From Deltaproteobacteria bacterium (GTDB lineage Bacteria > UBA10199 > SPLOWO2-01-44-7), in assembly GCA_016213065.1 (NCBI GenBank), contig JACRBV010000062.1, positions 1 through 43,910 on the forward strand: 43,910 nucleotides of DNA. Direction: 5' to 3'. The notes below the pieces were generated by a model. It saw only the letters and a list, made by a program, of their open reading frames with translations. It searched no databases and was not told where the DNA came from. This document shows, piece after piece, positions 15,851 through 25,945 of the stretch. Every line of letters starts with the position of its first letter. The first letter of the stretch is position 1. A program made the position numbers and the translations under genes.

Positions 15851-17574
15851 TTTCTCTTTAACCATTTCATGATTTCTGAAACTGAGCGTGTGTTTAGAAC
15901 ATCCTTGCTTTCAAGCCAACCTTTTCTTGCAATGCCCACTCCATATTCATAATCCTTAAGTCCACTCACACTGTGGGCGTCCGGGTTGATAATGAACATC
16001 ACTTTTTTTTCTTTCGCATATAGAATATGTCGCCAGTCAATATCCAAACGAAGCGGGTTTGCATTGATTTCAATGGCCACTCCATAATCGACGCAGGCAT
16101 CAATCACGGCTTTTACATCGAGAGCAAAACCCTCACGCCGCAGAAGCAGTCGTCCCGTCATGTGTCCAAGAATATGCACATATTTATTTTTGATCGCTTT
16201 GATCACCCGTTTGGTCATTTCAGCGGAGGTGAGATTAAATTTGGTGTGCACCGAAACGACAACATAATCGAAAGAACTCAAAACTTTTTCTCCCATATCC
16301 ACTTCGCCGTCAGACAAAATATCGGCTTCGATTCCCTTGAAAATATACAGGCCTTTTAATTTTTTATTGAGCGCGTCGATTTCCCTGAATTGTTCTTTGA
16401 CCCGTTCCGGCGTCAAACCATTGGCATATTTTGCAACAGCGCTGTGGTCGGCCACGCCAAGATATTCAAAACCCAGCGCTTTCACACCCTCCGCCATTTT
16501 TTCAATGGAGGCTGTGCCGTCACTCCACATCGAGTGACAATGAAGAAGTCCGCGAACGTCTTTTGATTCAATCAACTTTGGAAGTTTGTGTTTTTGCGCC
16601 GCTTCAATCTCTCCCATATTTTCACGGATTTCCGGCGGAATATATTCCATGTCGAGTTTTTCAAAAATTTCGTTTTCATCTTTGCACGGGATCAATTTTT
16701 CCGTTTTTCCTTTCAGATCGAAAAGACCATATTCATTCATCTTCATTTTTTTATCCTGAGCCAACGAGCGCAGAGCCACATTGTGTTCTTTGGAACCCGT
16801 GAAATGATGCAGGGCGTAGGGGAATTCTTTATCGCTCACACAGCGAAGATCGGCTTGAATGCCCAATTTCAAAAGGATCGTCGACTTTGTTTCTCCGTGT
16901 GCAATGACTTTTTCCACTTCAGGAAGTTTGACGAAAAGATCCATGACTTTTTTCGGATCCTCGGTCGCCACTACAATATCGATATCTTTAACTACCTCTT
17001 TACAACGTCTCAAACTCCCGGCAATGGAGGCCCGCTCCACCTTGGGTTGTTTCTCAAGTTTTTTTAAAATGGCTTGTGCCAAGTCATCCGCAACTGCGTA
17101 CAAAAATTGCCCTGAATGTTTTTCGATTTGGGCAATTCCCTCCAAAATTTTCGATTGGGTTTTTTCACCGAAACCTGCGAGGTGGGCAACCCGCCCCTGA
17201 TGACAGGCCTGCTCCAAATGAAGCATGGATGTAATACCCAGCTTCTCCCACAAAATCCGGACTTTTTTAGGCCCAACTCCCAGAATTTTGAGCAGGTCAA
17301 AAATTCCTTCGGGAACCGATTTGATGATTTTTTCGTATTCTTTTAGTTTTCCGGTTTGATGAAGTTCAATAATATGATCCGCCAGATTTTTTCCAATTCC
17401 TGGCAATTCGATAAGTTGTTTTGACTGGATGAGCGCATCCAAATCTTCAGTCAACCCCTCCAACGTGCGCGCGGCATTATAATAAGCCCGCACCTTGAAC
17501 GGATTCTCCCCCTTGATTTCAAGAATCTCCGCAATCTCCACCAACACCTGTGCAATTTCGTTTTTGTTCATCAT
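15847..17574 (-). CDS. Family X DNA polymerase with C-terminal PHP domain (PolX)
   Basis: N-terminal HhH (PGIGKNLA), GS.RR....KD.D polymerase-beta nucleotidyltransferase motif, and a PHP domain starting HCHSMWSDG. 575 aa. Confidence 0.9.
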   Translation of the reverse strand: MMNKNEIAQVLVEIAEILEIKGENPFKVRAYYNAARTLEGLTEDLDALIQSKQLIELPGIGKNLADHIIELHQTGKLKEYEKIIKSVPEGIFDLLKILGVGPKKVRILWEKLGITSMLHLEQACHQGRVAHLAGFGEKTQSKILEGIAQIEKHSGQFLYAVADDLAQAILKKLEKQPKVERASIAGSLRRCKEVVKDIDIVVATEDPKKVMDLFVKLPEVEKVIAHGETKSTILLKLGIQADLRCVSDKEFPYALHHFTGSKEHNVALRSLAQDKKMKMNEYGLFDLKGKTEKLIPCKDENEIFEKLDMEYIPPEIRENMGEIEAAQKHKLPKLIESKDVRGLLHCHSMWSDGTASIEKMAEGVKALGFEYLGVADHSAVAKYANGLTPERVKEQFREIDALNKKLKGLYIFKGIEADILSDGEVDMGEKVLSSFDYVVVSVHTKFNLTSAEMTKRVIKAIKNKYVHILGHMTGRLLLRREGFALDVKAVIDACVDYGVAIEINANPLRLDIDWRHILYAKEKKVMFIINPDAHSVSGLKDYEYGVGIARKGWLESKDVLNTRSVSEIMKWLKRK

Positions 17575-17663
17575 TTGGAAGAAGTCTTTTCAAACAAACT
17601 CTGCTTGCAGGCAACCATGTAATAAAACTTGCCATTTTAATCAATTTGATTAAAATGATTAAT

Positions 17664-18146
17664 ATGACTGAATCTAATCGTAATATAACAGCTTTTGAGG
17701 CAAGGACCCATTTGGGAGAGCATCTGGATTATATCCGTTATTCCAAAAAACCGATCTTCATTGAACGACATGGGAAACCAGTCGCCGCATTGATTGACAT
17801 TGGTCTCTATCATCAGCTGACGGAACCAAAAGAATATCGAAATTGGATTGAGAAAGCTGTGGAACAAATCAAAACCAACTATCAGCCCCAAAAAATTATT
17901 CTCTTTGGATCTGCGGCAAGCGGGGAACTCAAAGAAGGAAGCGATATTGACCTTTTGATTATTAAGAAAACACAAAAAAGAAAACTCGATCGTGTTGATG
18001 AAGTTTTGGATTTTTTGGATGTCGCCAATCCCGTGGAACTTCACATTTACACACCCAAAGAACTTGAGAAACGTCTGGCAATGGAGGATCCTTTTATCCA
18101 ACAAATTCTTAAAGAGGGAAAAATTCTTTATGAAACAAAATCATGA
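17664..18146 (+). CDS. Phd/YefM-type domain fused to a minimal nucleotidyltransferase (MNT/MntA-like antitoxin)
   Basis: N-terminal ITAFEARTHLGEHLD...PIFIERHGKPVAALI (Phd/YefM pattern), then GSAASGELKEGSDIDLLII (GSx10-SDxD nucleotidyltransferase motif). The alternative start is 17655. Confidence 0.75.
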   Translation: MTESNRNITAFEARTHLGEHLDYIRYSKKPIFIERHGKPVAALIDIGLYHQLTEPKEYRNWIEKAVEQIKTNYQPQKIILFGSAASGELKEGSDIDLLIIKKTQKRKLDRVDEVLDFLDVANPVELHIYTPKELEKRLAMEDPFIQQILKEGKILYETKS

Positions 18147-18522
18147 AAAATTGGCAGGGGAATGGATGCAAAGAGCGCGAAGTGATTTTAAATATGCAAA
18201 AGCCGGAGAAAAGGAAACGGGACAACATCACATCACCTGTTTTTTGTGTCACCAAGCGGCAGAAAAAAGTTTGAAAGGTCTTCTTGTGCTGGAAAATATC
18301 CCGCCTCCCAAAACACACCATTTGGGAATCTTGCTCGGAAAAGCATTGCCATTTTATTCCGATTTAGCCTCGATTCAAAAAGAAGTCCGGAAGTTGGATA
18401 AATTTTATATTCCTGCCCGATATCCCGACGATACTTTTTTGGAATTTACAGATGAGGATGCAAGACAGGCGTTGGAGACAGCAGAAAAATGTCTGTCTAT
18501 TTGTGGTAAGGCTCTCCTTTAA
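18130..18522 (+). CDS. HEPN domain protein (partner of the MNT)
   Basis: A....A.KSLKGLL, THHL and Y..ARYP pattern of PF05168-type HEPN. The start overlaps the MNT gene by 17 nt. Confidence 0.8.
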   Translation: MKQNHEKLAGEWMQRARSDFKYAKAGEKETGQHHITCFLCHQAAEKSLKGLLVLENIPPPKTHHLGILLGKALPFYSDLASIQKEVRKLDKFYIPARYPDDTFLEFTDEDARQALETAEKCLSICGKALL

Positions 18523-18919
18523 GGATGGTGCAGGCGCGGTAAAGTTGTTCCATTAAAAGGACCAATGCCAATTCGTGTTGCAGTGTGAAAGAGGAGAGAC
18601 TTAATGCAAAATTGGCTTTGGATTTTACCGCTTCCGGCCAACCTTCCGCGGGACCAACCAGAAATGTCATCGTTTTAACAGACCGGTTTTGTTTTTCTTC
18701 GAGCCATTTTGAAAATTGGATCGATGTAAAAGATTTTCCCCGCTCCTCCAAAATCACGACCTCTTCTTTGCTATCCCATTTTGACAAAAGATCTTCAACC
18801 GATTTGCACACCAAAAGTTCAACGGATAAATAGTGGGAGATTCTTTTTTGATATTCTTCAACCAACGCCTGAACCGGTTTTAAACTCAATTTTCCAACGG
18901 TCACAACTTTCAATTTCAT
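18497..18919 (-). CDS. rlmH: 23S rRNA (pseudouridine1915-N3)-methyltransferase
   Basis: SPOUT fold pattern: MKLKVVTVGK start, FLVGPAEG, and a HELALVLL.EQ.YR...I..G.PYHK end. Confidence 0.85.
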   Translation of the reverse strand: MKLKVVTVGKLSLKPVQALVEEYQKRISHYLSVELLVCKSVEDLLSKWDSKEEVVILEERGKSFTSIQFSKWLEEKQNRSVKTMTFLVGPAEGWPEAVKSKANFALSLSSFTLQHELALVLLMEQLYRACTILKGEPYHK

Positions 18920-18996
18920 GGTCCCGTAGTCCCATATTTATTTTGCCAACAAAAGGGAAAAGTGTTAGCCAATCTCATTAGTCGAAGTACTACTTC

Positions 18997-21168
18997 ATGC
19001 CGACACAAGAATCTTTTTTACAAACAAAAAAAGGACAGATCGCCGTTGCTACAACGGTCCTGCTGACTTTCATTTCTTTTTGGCGCGCGGCCGCCATTGT
19101 CTTGAACGACATGGCCTCATCTGCCTATTACGTCGGCGGTATCGCGGAACAAGCCATTGGCAAAGCGGCCCCGTGGTTTATTTTGGGGGTTATGCTTTTT
19201 TCTTACGCCGTTCGGATGGTCTATCTCGAATCGACCCTGATGTTTATCCGCGGAGGAGTTTATACTTCGGTCAAATCAGCACTTGGAAATAATCTCGCCA
19301 AAATTGCCGTCTCTGCCCTCATGTTTGATTATGTGTTGACGGGTCCCATCAGCGGCGTTTCGGCCGGACATTATGTCATGAGTCTTATCAATAATGTGCT
19401 TGTCCATTTTGGTAAGCCACCTTTCCCCGTCGACATAGGTTCCATTTTTTTTGCGTGCAGCATAACGTGCTACTTTTGGTGGGAGAACGTTCGCGGGATT
19501 GAGGAGAGCAGTCTCAAAGCCCTTCGCATCATGCAGATTACTGCGGTAATGGTAATTATCCTGCTTATTTGGTGTAGCTACAGTCTTTTGCAAACCCAAT
19601 GGACTCTTCCCCCGTTTTATATCAATTTGCAGGAACATTCACTCGGGTGGCTTAAAAATTCCAGAATCCCGTTCGACTGGACCGCCGTTGCCGTGGCAAT
19701 AGGACTCGGTCATTCTTTTTTAGCCATGAGCGGACAGGAAACTTTTGCACAGGTGAGCCGTGAAATTGCCCACCCAAAACTTAAAAATCTAAAAAGAGCG
19801 GGCATTGTCATTTTTGTGTTTTGTCTGATTTTTACCACTTCTGTATCCTTTTTTGCTGTCACCATTATTCCCGATACCGTCAGGCCCCAATATTTTGAAA
19901 ATCTTATTACAGGTCTTGTCCAATATTTAATGGGCCCTCCTCTTTTGAAACTTGTCTTCGAAGGTGTGGTGGTGGTGGTGGGCGCTCTCATTCTTTCTGG
20001 AGCCGCGAATACCGCGCTCATCGGTTCCAACGCGCTTTTGAATAGGGTTTCTGAAGATGGGGTTTTGCCCGATTGGTTCCGAAAACCACATCATCGCTAT
20101 GGAACAAGCTACCGGATTCTCAACAGCATTGCCGTGTTGCAACTTTTCACAATTATCTTCAGTGGCGGCAACACCTATCTTTTGGGCGAAGCTTACGCCT
20201 TTGGTGTAATGTGGAGTTTCTTTTTTCAGACTCTTTCCGTCACCGTTTTACGCTACAAAAATAAAACCCCCCGCGAATGGAAAGTTCCGTTTAATTTACA
20301 CATCGGAAAAATCGAAATTCCCATAGGTCTGCTCGTTATTCTTTTTTCTCTTTTTGCTATCGGTGTTGCCAACTTGTTTACCAAACAGCTCTCCACCGTC
20401 ACAGGAACTATTTTTACAGTCATTCTCTTTTTTATTTTTGTCGGTTCGGAGCAATGGCGCAAAAGAAAACGTTCCGAGGAACCGGTTGGCCTTGACCCCT
20501 TCCGTCTTGTTGCAAATCCGCAAATCACTCGCGCTACCGTAGGATGCAAACCGCACAGCATTCTTGTCCCCGTCATCGAATCAAAGGACCTTTCCCATCT
20601 GAATTATGTTTTGGAACACACGGACACGCGGGGACAAGATATCATTGTCATGACAACACGCCTTTTGAAAGGACCTACCATGGTGGGGTCGGGCGATGAG
20701 GCCATCTTCACCGATCAGGAGCAGGACCTTTTCACCCGCGCGGTCAAGCTTGCAGAAAAACACGGCAAAAGTGTGCGATTGGTGGTCGCCACTTCCAATG
20801 ATACTTTTTATTCGATTGCTGAAACGGCCTACCGGCTTGACTGCGAAAGCATTGTGTTCCGGGTTTCCGCGAAGTTAACTCCGACACAACAAGCCAAATT
20901 GATAAGCGAAGCATGGGACAAACTCCCCAATACGAACAAGAAAGATGTGCTCGTGAAAATCTGGCGGGATGGCCAGTACATTTTGCTCTGGCACGCGCTT
21001 CCTCCACTTCCCGATATTCCACGCGAAACAATGCGAAACATCAATTATCTTTACCGCGAACTCAACCCCGAGGGTTCTGAAACCATGTCTCGTTCGCAGA
21101 TCATCGAAATCGCCGTCGACAAGTTGATGAAAGAATATCAGTCGGGAAATTTTACGTTGAAGAAATAA
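18997..21168 (+). CDS. APC-family amino acid permease with C-terminal universal-stress-like domain
   Basis: About 12 TM helices over the first ~500 aa, then a soluble alpha/beta tail (ILVPV...IIVMT...RLVVATS). Confidence 0.75.
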   Translation: MPTQESFLQTKKGQIAVATTVLLTFISFWRAAAIVLNDMASSAYYVGGIAEQAIGKAAPWFILGVMLFSYAVRMVYLESTLMFIRGGVYTSVKSALGNNLAKIAVSALMFDYVLTGPISGVSAGHYVMSLINNVLVHFGKPPFPVDIGSIFFACSITCYFWWENVRGIEESSLKALRIMQITAVMVIILLIWCSYSLLQTQWTLPPFYINLQEHSLGWLKNSRIPFDWTAVAVAIGLGHSFLAMSGQETFAQVSREIAHPKLKNLKRAGIVIFVFCLIFTTSVSFFAVTIIPDTVRPQYFENLITGLVQYLMGPPLLKLVFEGVVVVVGALILSGAANTALIGSNALLNRVSEDGVLPDWFRKPHHRYGTSYRILNSIAVLQLFTIIFSGGNTYLLGEAYAFGVMWSFFFQTLSVTVLRYKNKTPREWKVPFNLHIGKIEIPIGLLVILFSLFAIGVANLFTKQLSTVTGTIFTVILFFIFVGSEQWRKRKRSEEPVGLDPFRLVANPQITRATVGCKPHSILVPVIESKDLSHLNYVLEHTDTRGQDIIVMTTRLLKGPTMVGSGDEAIFTDQEQDLFTRAVKLAEKHGKSVRLVVATSNDTFYSIAETAYRLDCESIVFRVSAKLTPTQQAKLISEAWDKLPNTNKKDVLVKIWRDGQYILLWHALPPLPDIPRETMRNINYLYRELNPEGSETMSRSQIIEIAVDKLMKEYQSGNFTLKK

Positions 21169-21191
21169 GAATTCGAAAGCACTTCAATCTG

Positions 21192-22616
21192 TCATTTATA
21201 AACCACAAAATTAAAATCCGTATAGCACTCCGCTTTACCGCCACCGTCTGCCCCGTTGACGACTTGGGCATCAAAACCACTATTTGTTAAATTTTTATTA
21301 TGAAGCACAAAGGAAGTATCCGGCTCCTGCAGTGGCCAAGCTGGAGCGAGAATAGCATTTCCGATCACAATATATGGAGGTTCTATAGTTTGACTAAATG
21401 TAATATGATAAACATAGTTGAGTTGTCGGTCCCCCACATCTCCGGTGCGGCTAATTCCGTTGATCTTGTAACCACTAATGCTGGGACTGGAACACGACCC
21501 AGTACTCAAATCACCGTTGGCACGAACAATTCCGGACGCGGAAACTGCCGGTGGAAAGCCGCCCGGCGGAGGCGCTTCACTCGCGGAAACAACCCCGTCA
21601 ACATAGGCCTTTGTTGCCACATCTCCTGAATTAACAGGGATCCCAACATTTTCCACGCGATTTCTACCCATATTCAAAATTCCACTCATCGTTCCGCCGG
21701 CCGTGGCGAGCTTTGTATCGATCTGGGTTCGAAACCAAGCGTCGGCATCTTTTAATTGACCAATTGTCGCATTAATTGTGTCCGTCTGACGTTGCAAACT
21801 ATCGTCTTTATCCTGCAATGCCTTGGTACTTGTATTGATCCTGCTGGTTAAATCAGACGACTGTTTTTCAAGATTCATCTGTCGCTGATAAATGGCGGTA
21901 TCGAAATCTTTCAAGACATTTTGGACAGTGGGTCCCTTCGAATAAACAAAGGTCGTATCAACCCCAATTTTTCCCGCGCCAAAAGCGCTCCGGTAATCTC
22001 CCTTCAACACATCCAACTGCGATTGTTGGACAAGATTGGCGGGCAACAGATTTTGTAACACATCGTCGGCCAAAAGATCCGCGGTAATGGATTTTGGAAC
22101 AATGGATTCTGTACCAACACTTTTAGGCGCCACCTGCAATGCCTGCTCCGCATAAAGGGCATAAGGACTTGAGACAATCTCCATAACGGTTTCCGGACCG
22201 GCACCTTCAGCAGTAACCCCCAAAAACCGCGCCTGCCCGGGCGCCAAAACGGCGAAAGGAATTTCAACAGCGGAACCAATCATCGCCGAAACAACTCCCG
22301 CAATCGATTCAACCGATTGCGTCTCTTCATAAAGAGATTCCTGTACCGCATTCAACAACCGAAACCGAACAGAATGAATCCCATCCACCAAAGGCACTCC
22401 ACCCGTCCCATTCACAACCGACTGAAAATTAATCAAATGAGGAACCGTCACCGTTTGTGCGAATAAAGGGGTTCCAAACAATAAAAGCATAACAAAAATA
22501 TTAAAAAATGGACGGGTGGCGGCGGAATGGCTGTTAGCCCGACATGCTTTTCGGAGGGCGTACAGCCATGTAGCCGACAGGCCCCGTCTGTTTTTTAATA
22601 TTTTTGTGGTCGCCAT
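21192..22616 (-). CDS. Secreted coiled-coil protein with phage tail-fibre-like motif
   Basis: GGTMSGILNMGRNRVENVGIPVNSGDVATKAYVD matches the widespread tail-fibre motif GGTMTG.L.M..N.I.NL..P....DA.K.YVD. The start is set at ATG 22616, which has GGAGG 5 nt upstream. Confidence 0.55.
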   Translation of the reverse strand: MATTKILKNRRGLSATWLYALRKACRANSHSAATRPFFNIFVMLLLFGTPLFAQTVTVPHLINFQSVVNGTGGVPLVDGIHSVRFRLLNAVQESLYEETQSVESIAGVVSAMIGSAVEIPFAVLAPGQARFLGVTAEGAGPETVMEIVSSPYALYAEQALQVAPKSVGTESIVPKSITADLLADDVLQNLLPANLVQQSQLDVLKGDYRSAFGAGKIGVDTTFVYSKGPTVQNVLKDFDTAIYQRQMNLEKQSSDLTSRINTSTKALQDKDDSLQRQTDTINATIGQLKDADAWFRTQIDTKLATAGGTMSGILNMGRNRVENVGIPVNSGDVATKAYVDGVVSASEAPPPGGFPPAVSASGIVRANGDLSTGSCSSPSISGYKINGISRTGDVGDRQLNYVYHITFSQTIEPPYIVIGNAILAPAWPLQEPDTSFVLHNKNLTNSGFDAQVVNGADGGGKAECYTDFNFVVYK

Positions 22617-22628
22617 ATTTACCTCCAT

Positions 22629-22997
22629 TTAGCGCATTACAAATTCAACGCGCCGATTTAATTTCCAAGCTTCATTTTCATGCCGCAAATCCAAAGGCCG
22701 TTTTGATCCGTAACTCACAATCATAATAATTCTTTCCGGATCAACTCCCTCCTCCATCAGATAGGCCTTCACTTCCCGCGCACGCCGGTCTCCCAATTCC
22801 ATATTGTAAAAAGCATCTCCCCATTCATCGCAATGTCCTTCCAAAATAATCACCTCTTTCGGATTTTCTTTGAGCCACACCACATTTTGATTCAGAATTA
22901 TTTTTTCCTCACTGGGGATGGAAAAACTGTTCGAATCGAAATGAACTCTGGGAATTAATGCCGCGTTCAAAAGAAAAAGGAGGCATAAAAGATTCAT
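22629..22997 (-). CDS. OmpA/Pal-like peptidoglycan-binding protein
   Basis: [21 protein letters not shown] and NRRVEF motifs, signal peptide, 122 aa. Confidence 0.8.
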   Translation of the reverse strand: MNLLCLLFLLNAALIPRVHFDSNSFSIPSEEKIILNQNVVWLKENPKEVIILEGHCDEWGDAFYNMELGDRRAREVKAYLMEEGVDPERIIMIVSYGSKRPLDLRHENEAWKLNRRVEFVMR

Positions 22998-25123
22998 CGC
23001 AACGCCCCTTTGTTTTGATAACGCGTATCCACAATATGATAGCTTGTGATATCCAGAAGTTGGCTTAAGGGACTTTTGTCATAATCCAAATTCCCCGCGG
23101 CCGTATTGACTCCCAACACAAGACCGTCCCCTGCTTCGAAATCAAAATCGCCGCGACAACCGATCGCACGCACACCGGCATTTGTGTCGAAAGAAGCAAA
23201 AAGATTTCCCGTGATTTTTTCGGGCGCGACCGGTTCCAGACCGACACAAATCACGCCATACTGGTTCGCCGCTTTTCCCGTGATGAAAATATTGTTCGTT
23301 GCCTCAAGCCCAAGGGCATTTTCAAAACGAAGCGATTGCGCCGTGGCCAAATTCAACGAAGAAAAATGGGAGGTGGCATCAATGGTGTTGTTTAGAATTT
23401 TTGGAGAGGCCCCTGTAATATCCACGCCCATTGCGAAACGCCCGTCACCACCCAAAATCACATTTTTTTCCAGCGTCACATCGTCGGCCGTATCAATCAT
23501 AACCGCTGTGGAAGCGTCATTGCCACTCCCCGCATCGATCCAGTTATTTTGCAAAACGGCATGGGAAGCACCAAGCACTGTCACCGCATTGGTGCGTGTT
23601 CCCAAATTGCTCCCCTGAATAACATTGTTCGTGAAACGCGCGCGGGAATTATCAACAACAACCGTTCTGGAACCAACCACAGGATCGGTTTCATTTTGAT
23701 TGTTGGAAATATGAAAACCATCCAGAAGCAATTCCTCTGAAATATTTTGCAGATAAATTGTAACGTCGTTTTTATCACTCACCAAACGAGTGGCAAAAAG
23801 AGGATCGGCGGAATTCACATCCCGCTTGCCGAAAGAACCTCCCGGCGTAGATGCAGTCTGATAACCGCCATACAGACGCAATCCCTTCGGAAATAAAAGG
23901 TCATCCGTGCGATAAGTGCCTGCGCCGACATAAATATCTTTCCCTTTCTCTTTTGCCTCCGCCAAAGCTTGAACCAACTCGCCGTTGCTTGTAACAAAAA
24001 CAGCTTTCTCGCGGTCCCCGTCGATGCCGTCGCAATTGCTGTCCGTAGCCGAGGAATCAGGATCATCCGTAGCCGTGGGATGAATTGTTTTGTCGTTAGG
24101 AGCACAATCGCAAGCATCCCCAAAACTATCGCCATCGCCATCTTTCTGATCGTAGTTTGCCACCTTGGAACAATTATCCACTCCATCCAAAATTCCATCC
24201 CCATCGGTGTCTGGATTTTTTGGATCCGTAATCACCCCATCTTTTCCTTTTGTGTTCTCCTCTTCATTTGTCAATTCATCTCCGTCGATATCATTGTCGC
24301 AGGCGTCTCCAACCCCGTCCCGATCAAAATCAGCCTGATCCGCGTTGGCAACAACAGGGCAATTGTCAACCAGATCGACAATTCCGTCGGCATCGTTGTC
24401 CAGATTATTTAAAGGATCACAGGCATCACCGATTTTATCCTGATCGATATCGGTTTGATCCGTATTGGCGGTGGCAGGACAATTATCCGCGTTGTCTCCG
24501 ATGAAATCCATATCCTCGTCAGACGTCTCCGTGGGATCCACGGGAAAAATATCCTCCCCATCCCCAACGCCGTCTCCATCGGTGTCTCTTGAATCCACGC
24601 GGAGCCCGACAAGAAACTCGATTAAATTGGAAACACCGTCACCGTCGCAGTCCGCGCTTGTATCAAAAGAATCGGCGGAAAGAACTGCCTCGGCCCGGTT
24701 GTCCTTAAAAAGGACCGACTGGCTTACCATGGAAACAAGCCGGCAGTCAGTATTTAACGGTGAATCGGATTTGCTCAACTCGATAAAAAGAGTTCCTTTA
24801 TCCTGCATCTCAGGTGGAACGTTTGGAAAAACAAACTGAAAACCGCTCCCAACAGCCTCGCCCACAATCGGCCCCAAAGCCCCCAGCGCTTTTCCCTGTG
24901 AATCCTGACCTTTTAAAGTGGCGCTCCAAACCAGTTGTGAAACCAAAGTTTTAAGATTTTCCGGCAATGTTGCAGACACTAACACCGATTTGGTTACAGT
25001 TTGCGGAACAGGTGGAGAAACAGCGGGAGTTGATATCTCCGGTGGTTTTCCGCTTCCCGACCCGCAACCTGCCGTCACAAGAAAAAATATGCCGATAAAG
25101 ATCGGCTTTATCTTTTTTTCCAT
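22994..25123 (-). CDS. Lipoprotein with thrombospondin type-3 Ca-binding repeats and a right-handed beta-helix domain
   Basis: Lipobox LVTAGC after MEKKIKP. Multiple DxDxDGxxDxxDNCP..xNxDQxDxDxDxxGDACD repeats. The C-terminal half has periodic N/G-rich beta-helix rungs. Confidence 0.75.
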   Translation of the reverse strand: MEKKIKPIFIGIFFLVTAGCGSGSGKPPEISTPAVSPPVPQTVTKSVLVSATLPENLKTLVSQLVWSATLKGQDSQGKALGALGPIVGEAVGSGFQFVFPNVPPEMQDKGTLFIELSKSDSPLNTDCRLVSMVSQSVLFKDNRAEAVLSADSFDTSADCDGDGVSNLIEFLVGLRVDSRDTDGDGVGDGEDIFPVDPTETSDEDMDFIGDNADNCPATANTDQTDIDQDKIGDACDPLNNLDNDADGIVDLVDNCPVVANADQADFDRDGVGDACDNDIDGDELTNEEENTKGKDGVITDPKNPDTDGDGILDGVDNCSKVANYDQKDGDGDSFGDACDCAPNDKTIHPTATDDPDSSATDSNCDGIDGDREKAVFVTSNGELVQALAEAKEKGKDIYVGAGTYRTDDLLFPKGLRLYGGYQTASTPGGSFGKRDVNSADPLFATRLVSDKNDVTIYLQNISEELLLDGFHISNNQNETDPVVGSRTVVVDNSRARFTNNVIQGSNLGTRTNAVTVLGASHAVLQNNWIDAGSGNDASTAVMIDTADDVTLEKNVILGGDGRFAMGVDITGASPKILNNTIDATSHFSSLNLATAQSLRFENALGLEATNNIFITGKAANQYGVICVGLEPVAPEKITGNLFASFDTNAGVRAIGCRGDFDFEAGDGLVLGVNTAAGNLDYDKSPLSQLLDITSYHIVDTRYQNKGALR

Positions 25124-25860
25124 ATAAAATTTTCTCCAATCCGAATTGTTTTTGTGCTGGCTGTAAAAAGGGGGGCCCCCTTGATTTTGCTTCCGTCCCA
25201 AAGATTGAGTGTCAGTGATGATGATTTTCCCGTCGTCACATCCTGAATGATAAAATGATGCTCTCCGGGCTCAAGAGCTCCCGGGTAAAGTTTTGCGACT
25301 CCTTGTTCATCGGTCGGAAGTTGGTTCAGAGAAGTCAGAATATCCGGAAGGGGATTGTCTTCTGTAACCGTGACCGCGTGTTTCGGATCGCTGAAAATTT
25401 GGAAATAAAGCCGCTGATTGCTGACGTGGTCGTTGTCGGACACATTCAAGACAGTGGGGATTGCGTGAAGAGTAACCGGCACATCGGTTATTTTTCCTCC
25501 TTCAACGGCAATATGATCCGCCATACCCTCCCGCAAAATTTTTCCCTGTTCATTGAGTGCCGACACCTGAATGCGTCTGTTTTGACCCACCGGAATTCCA
25601 GCAATCACCGCGCCGCCCGCATCCTGTGAAAAAGTCTGCTCCAGCGGCGTCAAACCTTCTCCATCCAACACCACTTTATATTTTGAAATCTGAACCGATT
25701 TTGAAAGATTCGGATTTTTGGAATCAAAAACGGTAAGCTGAATATTTCCGCCGCCTTTCGTTTCGGAGAAGGAAACAGAAGCGGGGCCGCTGTTTTCCGA
25801 ACCGCAACCCGTGCAGAAAATCAAAATTATAAAAATAAGATTTTTCATTTTAGTTTTCAT
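25108..25860 (-). CDS. Lipoprotein, Ig-like/beta-rich, unknown function
   Basis: [19 protein letters not shown] lipobox. The ORF-track N-terminal extension (MSFRRRPESS...) is a translation of the adjacent repeat and is rejected. Confidence 0.6.
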   Translation of the reverse strand: MKTKMKNLIFIILIFCTGCGSENSGPASVSFSETKGGGNIQLTVFDSKNPNLSKSVQISKYKVVLDGEGLTPLEQTFSQDAGGAVIAGIPVGQNRRIQVSALNEQGKILREGMADHIAVEGGKITDVPVTLHAIPTVLNVSDNDHVSNQRLYFQIFSDPKHAVTVTEDNPLPDILTSLNQLPTDEQGVAKLYPGALEPGEHHFIIQDVTTGKSSSLTLNLWDGSKIKGAPLFTASTKTIRIGENFIWKKR

Positions 25861-25863
25861 GTT

Positions 25864-25943
25864 GTCATCCCTGCGAAAGCAGGGATCCAGTAATTCATTG
25901 CTGGATTCCGGCCTTCGCCGGAATGACATTTTTTCACCACTCC
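25864..25943. repeat. Partial MITE-like copy: two inverted hairpin units plus right TIR
   Basis: GTCATCCCTGCGAAAGCAGGGATCCAG ... CTGGATTCCGGCCTTCGCCGGAATGAC followed by ATTTTTTCACCACTCC. Confidence 0.75.
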
Positions 25944-25945
25944 TT

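Noticed and set aside
21192-22616. Interpreting the tail-fibre-like gene as evidence of a prophage.
   Set aside because: There are no capsid, portal, terminase, baseplate, integrase or lysis genes nearby. The neighbours are envelope lipoproteins and an OmpA-like protein in one operon.
25861-25929. The peptides MSFRRRPESS / WIPAFAGMT / FRGND as real N-termini or small genes (also the ORFs 29569-29865, 34315-34563 and 40622-40822).
   Set aside because: They are frame translations of the palindromic repeat units, and the same peptides recur wherever the DNA repeat recurs.
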